A stretch of DNA of 64,000 nucleotides, from positions 372,001 through 436,000 of the forward strand of contig MU057503.1 of NCBI GenBank assembly GCA_013265495.1, in the 5' to 3' direction. Positions 53,341-64,000 of this stretch are shown piece by piece (positions within the stretch are counted from its first letter, which is position 1; every line of letters begins with the position of its first letter). The position numbers were made by a program, and so were the translations under genes. This DNA is from Vicugna vicugna. Taxonomy: Eukaryota. The notes below the pieces were generated by a model. The model was not told where the DNA came from. It searched no databases and was given only the letters and a program-made list of their open reading frames with translations.

Positions 53341-56300
53341 ATGTATAGATATATATATTTATTGAAGTAGAGTCAATTTATACTGTTGTCAATTTCTGTT
53401 GTACAGCCTAATGGTTCAGTCATACATGAACATACATGTATTCCTTTTTATACTCTTTCACTGTAAGTTACAAGGAAGTTGTTGTTTATTTTACATAAGT
53501 TAGTGTCTGCAAATCTCGAACTCCCAGTTTATCCCTTCCCACCCACTACCCCTCCCTGGTAACCATAAGTTTGTTTTCTATGTCTGTGAGTCTGTTTCTG
53601 TTTTGTAAATAAGTTTGTCTTTTTTTTTTGGATTCCACATAAAAGTGGTATCATATGGTACTTTTCTTTCTCTTTCTGGCTTATTTCACTTAGAATAACA
53701 TTATCCAGGTCCATCCATGTTGCTGCAAATGGCATTATTTTATTATTATTTATGGCTGAGTAGTATTCCATTGTATAAATATCCCACAACTTCTCTATCC
53801 AGTCATCTGTCAGTGGACATTAGGGTTGCTTCCATGTCTTCGCTATTGTAAGTAGTGCTGCTGTGAACATTGGGCTGCATGTGGCTTTTTTTTTTTAATG
53901 GATCATAGTGTCTTTTTTTTAAATTGAACTATAGTCAATTTACAATGTATCAATTTCTAGTGTACAGCACATTGCTTCAGTCATACATGAATATACATAT
54001 ATGTTCATTTTCATATTCTTTTTGACCATAAGCTACTACAGGATATCAAATATATTTTCCTTTGCTATTCAGTATAAAGTAGTTTATCTGTTTTATATGT
54101 ACCAGTCAGTATCTGCAGATCTCGAACTCCCAATTTATCCCTTCCCACCCACTTCCCCCCAGTAACCATAAATATGTCTAAGTCTGTCTGTTTTATATAT
54201 AAGTTCATTTGTCTCTCTCCCTTTTTTTTTTTTTTAGATTCCACATATGAGTGATATCATATGGTATTTTTTTTTCTGCTTCTGGTTTATTTCACTTAAA
54301 TGACATTCTCCAGGTCCATCCATGTTACTGCAAATGATACTATTTTATTATTTTTATGGCTGAGTAGTATTCCACTGTATAAATATCCCACAGCTGCTTT
54401 ATTCAGTCATCTGTTGATGGACATTTAAGTTGTTTCCATGTCTTGGCTATTGTAAATAGTGCTGCTATGAACTTTGGGGTGCATGTATATTTTTAAAAAT
54501 TTTTTATGGAATTATAGTCAGTTTATAATGTGTCAGTTTCTGGTGTACAGCACAATGCTTCTAAAATATAGAAACATACATACATATATTTATTTTCACA
54601 TTCTTTTTCACCATAAGTTACTACAAGACATTGAAAATAGTTCCCTGTACTATACAGTACAAACTTGTTGTTTATCTATTTTATATATATTAGTAACTGC
54701 AGGTCTTGAACTCCCAATTTATCCCTTCCCACCCCCTTTCTCCTCTGGTAACCCTAAGTTTGTCTTCTATTTCTGTGATTCTATTTCTGTTGTGTAAATG
54801 AGTTAGTCTTTTTTTTTTTTTTCAAATTCCACATATAAGTGATGTTATATGGTATTTTTCTTTTTATTTCTGGCTTACTTCACTTAGAATGACATATCAG
54901 GTCCATCCATGTTGCTGCAAATGGTATTATTTTCCTATTTTTTTTATGGCTGAGAAGTATTCCATTGTATAAATATCCCACAGCTTCTTTATCTAGTAAT
55001 CTGTCGATGGACATTTGGATTGTTTCCATGTCTTGGCTATTGTAAATAGTGCTGCTATGAACATTAGGCTGCATGTGTCTTTTTGAATTAAGGTTCCCTC
55101 TGGATATATGCACAGGAGTGGGATGGCTGTACCATATAGTAAGTTTATTTTTAGTCCTTTGAGGACTCTCCATACTGTTTTCCATAATGGCTGCACCAAA
55201 CTACATTCCCACCAACAGTGTAGGAGGGTTCCCTTTTCTCCACAGCCTCTCCAGCATTTATTTGTGGACTTCTGAATGATTGCCATTCTGCCTGGTGTGA
55301 GGTGATACCTCATTGTAGTTTTGATTTGCATTTCTCTGATAATTAGCAATATTGAGCATTTTTTCATGTACCTATTGGCCATTTGTATCTTTTCACTGGA
55401 AAATTGTTTGTTTAGGTCTTCTGCCCATTTTTGGATTTGGATTGGGTTGTTTGTTTTTTTTTTCTTATAAAGTTGTATGAACTGTTGATATATTCTGGAG
55501 GTTAAGCCGTTGTCGGTCTCATTTTTTGCAAATGTTTTCTTCCATTCCATAGGTTGTCTTTTTGTTTTCTTTATGGTTTCCTTTGCTGTGCAAAAGCTTA
55601 TAAGTTTAATTAGGTCCCATTTGTTTATTTTTGCTTTTATTTCTGTTGCCTGGGTAGACTGCCCTAGGAGAACATTGCTAAGATTTATGTCAGGTAATGT
55701 TTTGTGTATGTTTTCTTCTAAGAGTTTTGTAGTGTCTTGTCTTCCATTTAAGTCTTTAAGCCATTTTGAGTTTTTTTGTGTATGGTGTGAGGGAGTATTC
55801 TAACTTCATTGATTTACGTTCAGCTGTCCAGTTATAGCAACATCATTTGCTGAAGAGACTGTCTTTACTCCACTGTATGTTCTTGCCTTTTTTGTCAAAG
55901 ATTAATTGACCAAATGTTTGTGGGTTTATTTCTGGGCTCTGTTCTGTTCCATTGAACCATATGTCTGTTTTTGCACCAATACTATGCTGTTTTGATTACT
56001 GTAGCTCTGTAGTATTGTCTGAAGTCTGGGAGCGTTATTCCTCCAGCTTCATTCTTTCTCTTCAGTATTACTTTGGCAATTCTGGGTCTTTAGTGATTCC
56101 ATATAAATTTTAGGATTATTTGTTCTAGTTCTGTGAAAAATGTCCTGGGTAATTTGATAGAGATCGCATTAAATCTGTAGATTGCTTTGGGTAATATGGC
56201 CATTTTAACAATACTGATTCTTCCAGTCCAAGAACATGGGTATCTTTCCATTTCTTTAAGTCATCTTTAATTTCCTTAGTCAGTGTTTTGTAGTTCTTTG

Positions 56301-58807
56301 CATAGAAGTCTTTCACTTCCTCAGTCTGATTTACTCCTTAGTATTTTATTTTTTTTTGGATGCAATTTCAAAAGGGATTGTTTCTTCACTTTCCTTTTCT
56401 GATATTTCATTGTTAGTGTAAAGAAATGCCACTGATTTCTGTATATTAATCTTGTATCCTGCTACCTTGCCAGATTCTTTTATCAGCTCTAGTAGTTTCT
56501 GTGTGGAGCCTTTAGAGTTTTCTATATATGATATCATGTCATCCCCACATAATGACAGCTTTACCTTTTCTCTTCCAATTTAGATCCCTTTTATTTCTTT
56601 CTCTTGTCTAATTGCTATGGCTAAGGCTTCCAATATTATATTGAATAGAAGTGGTGAGAATGGGCTTCCTTATCTTGTTCCAGATTTTAGTGGGAAGGCT
56701 TTCAACTTTTTACCATTGAATACTATGCTGGCTGTAGGTTTGTCATAATTAGCTTCTATTATGTTGAGATATTTCCCTCTATACCCACTTTGGTTGGAGT
56801 TTTTATCATAAGTAGGTATTGAATTTTGTCAAATGCTTTTTCTGCATCTATTGAGATGAACATGTGATTTTTGTCCCTTCTCTTGTTGATGTGGTGTATC
56901 ACATTGATTTCTGTAATTGAGCCATCCTTGTGTTCCTGAGATGCACCCAACTTGATCATAGTGTATAATCTTTTTTATGTGTTGTTGGATTCTGTTTTGC
57001 TAATATTTTGTTGAGGATTTTTGCATCTGTGTTCATCAACAATATTGGCCTATGGCTTTCTTTTTTGGTGATGTCTTTGGCTTTGGTATCAGGGAGATTG
57101 TGGATTTGTAGAATGAGTTTGGGATTATTCCCTCCTCTTCAATCTTTGGGAAGAGTTTGAAGAGGATTGGTATGAGCTCTTCTTTGTATATTTGATAGAA
57201 TTCCCCAGTGAAGCCATCTGGTCCTGGACTTTTGTTTGCAGGGAGGTTTTTTTATTGCTGATTGTATTTCACTTCTAGTGATTGGTCTATTCAAATGATC
57301 TGTTTCTTCTTGATTCAGTTATGGTGGACTGTATGTTTCTAGAAACTTGTCCATTTCTTCTGAGTTGTCCAGTTTATTGCCATATGGTTGGTCATTGTAT
57401 TCTTTACGATTTTTTTGTATTTCTGTGTTGTTGGTTGTAATTTCTCCATTTTCATTTCTTATTTTGTGTATTTGTGTTCGCTCTCCTTTCTTCTTGGTGA
57501 GCCTGGCTAGAGGTTTGTCAGCTTTGTTTAATCTTTCAAAAATATCAGCTCTTGATTTGATTTTTTTCTATTGTTTTTTTAAATCTATTTATTTCCTCCC
57601 TGATCCTTATTACTTTCCTTCTGCTGACTTTAGGTTTTGTTTGTTCTTCTTTTTCCAGTTCTTTTAGGTGGTAGCTTAGGTTGTTTATTTGAGAGTGTTC
57701 TTATTTTCTGTGGAAAGCCTGTATCACTATGAACTTCCCTCTTAGGACTGCTTTTGCTGTATCCCATAGGTTTTGTGTGGTTGTGTTTTCAGTGTCATTT
57801 GTCTCAAGGTATTTTTTAATTTCTTTGATTTCATCATCGACGCATTGGATTTTTGGTAGCATGTTTAGGCTCCATGCTGTCATTTTTTTCTCATTTATTT
57901 TTCTATGGTTGATTTCTAGTTTCACGCCATTGTGGTCAGAGAAGAAGCTTGAAATAATTTCTATCCTCTTAAATTTTCTGAGGCTTCTTTTGTGCCCGAG
58001 TATATGGCCTATCCTAGAGAATGTTCCATGAGCACTTGAAAAGAATGTATATTCTGTTTTTCAGGGATGTAAAGTCCTAAAAATATCAACCAAGTTCAAC
58101 TGTTCAGTTGTGTCATTTAGTATCTCTGTTGCCTTATTGATTTTTTGTCTGGAAGACCTGCCAGGGATGTTAGTGGGATGTTAAAATCTCCTATTACTGT
58201 ATTCCCATCAATTTCACCCTTTGTTAGTATTTGTTTTATATATTTAGGTGCTCTTATATTGGGTGCATATATGTTAACGAGTATAATAGTGTCATCTTAT
58301 ATTGCTCCTCTGATCATTATATAGTGTCCTTCTTTATCTTTCTTCATGGCTTTTGTTTTAAAGTCTATTTTGTCTGATAAGAGTATTGGCATTCCCCCTT
58401 TTTTGTCATTTCCATCTGCATGAAATATCTTTTTCCATCCTCTCACTTTCAATCTATGTATGTCCTTCACTCTAAAGCAGGTCTCTTGTAGGCAACATAT
58501 TGTAGGCTTTTGTTTTATTATCCAGTCTGCCACTCTGTCTTTTGATTGGAGCATTTAGTCCATTGACATTTATAGTAATTATTGATAGATGTGTGTTTAT
58601 TGCCATTTTGAACCTTGTTTTCCAGTTGATTTAGTGTTTCTTCTGTTACTTTCATTTTTGTTTTTCTTTTTGTGGTTTGATAATTTTCTTTCGTATCAGC
58701 TTGGTTTCTTTTTAGTTTTTATGACTCTTATATGCTTTCCATTTGTGGTTACCCTGTTTTTCAAGTATGTAAACCCATTACTGTATCTGTTTGCTTTAGA
58801 CTGGTAG
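53341..58807 (-). mobile_element. Compound young L1: nearly complete degenerate ORF2 with three tandem 3' ends
   Basis: ORF2 fragments from the endonuclease (CCLQET, 58297..58554) to the C-terminus (54993..55550); 3' UTR copies start at ~53341, ~53912 and ~54495. Confidence 0.92.
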
Positions 58808-58809
58808 TC

Positions 58810-58929
58810 TTTTTTTGTGTGGGGTAGGGGGAGGTAATTAGGTTTATTTTTTAAATAAATACTTGGGATTGAACCTAGGACCTTGGTGCATGCAAGGCAC
58901 TCACTCTACCACTGAGCTGTACCCTCCCC
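58810..58929 (-). mobile_element. Short tRNA-derived SINE (camelid Vic-1-like)
   Basis: Reverse complement: ggggagggtacagctcagtggtagag...aggtcctaggttcaatccc...aaacctaattacctcccc. Confidence 0.88.
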
Positions 58930-59363
58930 ATGAGTTCTTTCTCTATTTTTGATATTAACCCTTATCATATACATGATTTGCAAATATTTTCTCCCATTTG
59001 GTAGGTTGCTTTTTTGAATTGTTGTTTAGGAATAAGAAACACTTAGTCTTTGGAGGAGAGAAGTTTCACAAGGGGGACAGAAAATTGCACACACAAAACT
59101 TGAGGGAGGTAGTAGGGGAAGGATTGTTTATTAATAGAGGAGATAAAAATGTTGGTAGGAAGACAGAGGAAAAATGAGAGGGAATCTGGAGATTCAAGAC
59201 TGAATATATAATAGAAAAGGGATAGTTGATAGAATAAGATTCTGTTATTATAGTATCTACTCTATTTTGTGAGGCCAGTTTATATGTTAAAAGCATCCTA
59301 GCAATATGTTGTGCTGTTCTGTCTATAGTAACGTCTGAAAACACATTTGAAAGTGCTTTAGAA

Positions 59364-59585
59364 TAGGGATCAACAAACATTTCCTCTAAAGGGCCAGACA
59401 TTAAGTATTTTAGGCTTCGTGGGTCATATGTGGTCTTTATTGTGTGTGCTATTGCATCTCCTCCACTTTCTTGTTTTTCTTCTTCTCCCTCTTTAGAAGT
59501 GTAAAACCATTCTTAGCTCATGGGCCATAGAAAATACAGGCCGTAGTCCAGATGTGGCCTGTAGGCCATAGTTTGCTGATCCCTG
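59364..59585. mobile_element. MER58-like hAT-Charlie DNA transposon
   Basis: agggatcaacaaac...aagggccaga...attttaggcttcgtgggtcata...ggccatagtttgctgatccctg. Confidence 0.75.
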
Positions 59586-59756
59586 CTTTGGAACTTAGCT
59601 ATCCTGATGGAACATTTGGTTAGTTCTCCATGCCCCTACCCTCTTAATTAGTGAATAAAGAAATAGGCCTTTCTTGGAGAGTAAAATGTTTGAATAATTT
59701 AATACATTTGATTGTATGTGACCCCTCACCAGCTTTTGACCATCATTACTCAGATT

Positions 59757-61335
59757 TGTGGTGATAGTCTGTCCCTTTCTCTTGAACCTGATGGTCTTTG
59801 TGACTGTCTCAACAGATAATATATGACAGAAATGACTCTGTGACTTCTGAAAACAGGGTTATAAAAGGTGATACAACTTTTCTGTCCCCCTCTCCCCTTC
59901 TTCCCCCTCCCTCCCTCCCTTCATCTACTTTTGGAGCTCTAGGCTGCCATTGTAGGAACAGCTACCCTGAAGTTTCCATGCTGAAAAGACCATGGGGAGA
60001 TCACACAGACAGGGAGAAACCCAGCTGTTCCTGCCCCCAGCTATTTTAAGTCTTCCCAGACCAGGCACCATGCATATGAATGAGCAAGTCCCAGATGATT
60101 CCAGCACCAGCTACCATATGGCTCCAAGCTCATGAGACACCCTAAGCAGGAATCATCTAGGCAGGCTAAAGCCACAGAACTAAGAGAGCTAATAATAAAA
60201 TTGTGGTTGTTTTAAGGCAGAGTTTGGGGTAATTTGTTACACAGCAGTAGACAACCAGAAATGGTTTGGGGACCTGGAAATGGAGTGTTACTATAACAAA
60301 ACTTAAAACATATGGCAGAGGCTTTGCAGCTGAGCTGCTTGCATAAGTCAGAAGGGCCTTGAAGTCAGTGGTGGCCGAGGTCTGACGGATCTTGAGGTTA
60401 TCAGTAGGGTTTAAAGGAAAGTGAGGAAATATGATTAAAGCTAGCAGAAAAGCCCTTGTTAATAAAGCTGTTGCCTGTGATAATACAGAAATAGGAAATG
60501 TGCCTAATGAACTGATGAATCATCCTGAACAGTTTTCAGGCTAAAGTTTCAAAGTTCATCTGGTTTCTTTTAGCTGATACCATAGAATACAGATAACGAT
60601 GAGCTAGAGCAGAAGTTACTATTTTCAAGCAATATTTAGAGGAAATATATAGGAGGTAGGACTTCCCATTTATGATGGCCAGTCTCTCCCAGCAGAATAC
60701 TCCCCAAGTAAAAAAAGGCCTCAGTGCAAAAATCAAATTCACAGCTCCATGATGAAAAGTTCTCAGGGTAAAGGTGCATCTATGGATTTGACTGTGAAAT
60801 TCTTTATTAAGACCCCAGAAAAAATGTGCTGCCTTATGGAGAGCCCCAGGTAGACAAGATTTATTGATGTGGCTTTTGTCTCATGAAATAAACCCCAATA
60901 AGATCAAGATTCATAGGAAGCGTACAAAGCTTTTAGGGAAATTATACTTGTAGAAATACTGTCAACTTGGACTATAAGGAACAGAGATGTCTTCAGAATG
61001 AAAAGAAACTTTTAGGCCCTGGAACTTTTACAGGCAGGAAGCAGGCTTATCAAACTACTGAGCTTAAAATATGGGCTGTACTAGGGAGAATAACCCGGAG
61101 GATGGAGCCAAGAGCTGAGGAGAATCACTGCAGGCAGTGGAAGTGAACCCTAGTCAAGGAACTGGCAGCATGTGCCCAGTTGGGTTTTCTGTGGACCAGA
61201 GACTGCCACGTGCCTTTTCTCCCCTCCCTTTTTGAATGGGAGTGTTTATACTGATTATCCTACAGCGGTCTACCCTACCGTGTAAATTGCACGTGTGAGG
61301 GACACATAATTTGTCTGTCTAGTTCACAGGTTTTC
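59757..61335 (+). mobile_element. ERVL-MaLR MLT1-type LTR (~59757-60260) followed by an internal region
   Basis: The LTR ends aataaaattgtggttgttttaag...ttgttacacagcagtagacaaccagaa and is followed by MLT-int-like sequence. Confidence 0.7.
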
Positions 61336-63284
61336 AGACCTAGAGGAAAGGTAGTTTTCCTCTAGGAAAAGGTTACTATTCTCATTGCTTTTCTTTCTTC
61401 CTTTTCTTTTTCGTTATTTTAAAATCACATTATAAAACAACAGAAAATATGTTTGAATGTAGCTCGAATGACTGTAAATAAGCACAAAAATTCTCTTTCC
61501 TACTGAATCTCATAGGTTAGTATATGCTGAGTACCTAACACAGGGCTTGCCTGACGTGTAATTATCTTTTTGCAAATGCTAGTTTCCTATATCATTCTCT
61601 TCCTGTCGGTGACATTGTCTTTACTCATGGTACCCAGCTGTCTCATGCTAACTTCTAGTTCACAGGTCTCTCTGCTCCTGCAGCTCCTCCACCCACCCCC
61701 AGCCAGGCCTCTGCATTTGCTCCAGACTTTTTCTGGCCTTTTACTGTCATCCAAAGTCTGAACTTGCCTACCTTATTTTTTCAAAAACTTAACAGAGTGA
61801 CTGGCTAATTGACATGAATAATACTAAAGTGTTAACACAAAAATTTTACTGGGATGATTTCAATACCTCCCTGTGGAGTTAGCTGAAATTTGAAGCGCTT
61901 TTGTAGGCCTCCTGAGCCTATGTGGGGTAAGGACCCTTGAGTTGATGCTCGTCGTGACATTCCTGTTTTCAGAGAGCTGCTGTCTTTAGGGGTACACTGT
62001 AGTGTAGAACACTGCTAGAATCTGTCCTGGTGCCTCTCCAGGTAGGGGGCCATCTGTGTAGCTTGGGGTCTAGGTCAAATGCGTCTTCTGTCTCCTTTTC
62101 CCCAGCGTTTTGTACAGGATTCTAATCCAATTGAAATTCACATCAATAGCAATGTTAAAGAGGAAAACCTAAAAGGAAGAAAAATTTTTTAGAAAGGGGT
62201 ACTGGAAAAGAAGAGGGGAGTTTTTAGCTGAAATATTTTGCCTTGGAAAATAAATACGCTCATGTAATTCTGTGAGTCAGTGAATATGTGTGCATAAACA
62301 CACACTTCCTTATTTAACCAGTATTACTGAATATCACGGTGTGACTCCTCCAGTACACGAGCTTCTATGAGGATAAGATAGAGACCACGGATTCTGCAGG
62401 ACTGGTTCCAGCAACAGTTGGGCACGGTGCACTGTGTGGGGCCTGGGAGATGCTCTGATTTCCCATATCTTTAGGGGAGGTTTCTGCATAATACTAGCAT
62501 GCATATGCATTCTCAGATTTAAAAATAATACTGAGTTCTAAGGAAGACTGAGAATCCATTAACAATAACATCTTTCCATAAACCAAAAGCTTCCAGAGCC
62601 TTAGTAAAAAAGAAACCATCTAACCATAAAAATGAATTTATTACTATGTGCATTTAATTCATAAGAGGAATTTTCCCTAATATTTAGGGTCTTTTTGGTT
62701 TTCGCTTTGTTTGTTTTTTATTAACATTTGTAGTTGTTTAGTCAAATACTGAATTTGAGTTCAAAGACACATCTCCTCTGAGGATGGAGTCTAATAGGGC
62801 CAAGTAAATAATGGAAAACCTGTTTCCAAGTTTGGCAGAGCAATGCTCTCTAGTCTTCCCGTGGCAAACAGGGTATGTGACTTTTTCAGTGAGCTACAAA
62901 AGTGAGCTGTTCATTCCTACACAGATGAACGTGCTTGATTTATGTCTTCCCCTCCTCCCTTCTTTGCTTAGTTCCTTCATTTCTTCCTTCTCCTTCGTTG
63001 CCTCATTTCTAAGTACTGTATGACTGTTTGGGGGGAGAAGTGACATGGCACTAGAAACAAAGGGTACACACACAGTCACATCCTGCTGACTCATCATGGG
63101 ACTAGGAAAGTCACTAATCAGGAAACCAGGGGAGTCAGTGCTGGTTAGGTAGGTGGTTGACTGAAGAGGCGGGGACGCAAGCTGGTGACTTCAGGGCCTG
63201 TGCAGTGGAACTTGCACTGTTCCCATTGCCACCACTCATCTAGGGGCTTGGATGACCCAGCAGTGAGTTATTTTGTGCAAGAGG

Positions 63285-63480
63285 CAGCAAGGGCTTTAGA
63301 TCAGGTGGCCAGAGGGTTATTTCCTCTCTCTGCTAATTAATAGCTCTGTGACCTCAGGTGAATTTCTTTATCTCATTTATCCTCAGTTTCCTTGTTTGTC
63401 ATACCTACCATGAAAGGTCGTTTTGAGAATCATAATCAAAGTGCCTGGCAAAGTCCTGACACAAGGAAGGTGTTTGTAAG
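63285..63480 (+). mobile_element. MIR SINE
   Basis: gctctgtgacctcagg...cctcagtttccttgtttgt...aaagtgcctggcaaagtcctgacaca. Confidence 0.65.
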
Positions 63481-64000
63481 TAGTTATTTGAAGTAGTCTA
63501 AAAGGTCTCTTTCACACTCCTCACACACCCATATAATCTCAGTCTTAATCTGTCTCTCTCATGCACATGCGCTTGCACGCACGCACGCGCGCACGCACAC
63601 ACACACAGCAGTCACCATTCTAAGCTCCTAAAATTTGTATATGCACCTTACCATTTTAAGAGTGGCCTTCTGTCATCAGGCAAATGGTCGTATTGCCAGT
63701 TTAAAGGAATACTCAGGAAATGGCTCAGAGAAGGATAAAAAGCACAAATGTATTTTTTTCTTAAAATTATGCTTTGGTAATTTTAGCTCTTTATCTTCCC
63801 TGCCTCATTGTGATGTCTGCCAACACCGTCAAAAACAATAGCCAATCCAAGTCTCGTCTTGTTGACGGAAGCCTAGCCCGTCGGGTCTAGAACCCCTTGT
63901 AGCCTGCTAGCATTTGTAGCAGCAATTGTATCACACTGCTTGGATCGACAGATGAATGGCCAGGAGTCATTCTGCATGTGGCCTTTCAGCTCTACAGAAA

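Noticed and set aside
54880..58807. ORF cluster as an active retroelement
   Set aside because: L1 ORF2 broken by many stops and frameshifts, and lacking ORF1 and a promoter.
1..64000. CRISPR arrays, rRNA or prokaryote-type systems
   Set aside because: None seen; the window is intron- and repeat-rich mammalian DNA.

Overview
Mammalian genomic DNA, probably from a camelid. This is inferred from short tRNA-derived SINEs resembling camelid Vic-1, with no Alu, Bov-A/BovB, PRE-1 or Can-SINE seen. The + strand carries the last ten coding exons of MON2, about 425 C-terminal residues ending ...[13 protein letters not shown]. All introns are GT-AG with consistent phases, and one exon is an 18-nt microexon (IQLFAP). 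The MON2 3' UTR follows, then a ~1.7-kb CpG-island promoter and the let-7i hairpin (42329-42412, +). The rest is repeat-rich, with L1, SINE, MIR, hAT/Tigger and MaLR elements. I found no convincing wholly new gene system. The most unusual signals are structural: an L1 flanked by a ~160-bp target-site duplication next to a splice acceptor; a 105-bp near-perfect inverted templated insertion inside an ORF2-less L1; a compound insertion with three tandem L1 3' ends broken at the same site; and a Kozak-initiated 88-aa ORF running through the let-7i hairpin. Repeat family names are recognised from memory of consensus sequences, and repeat boundaries are approximate.
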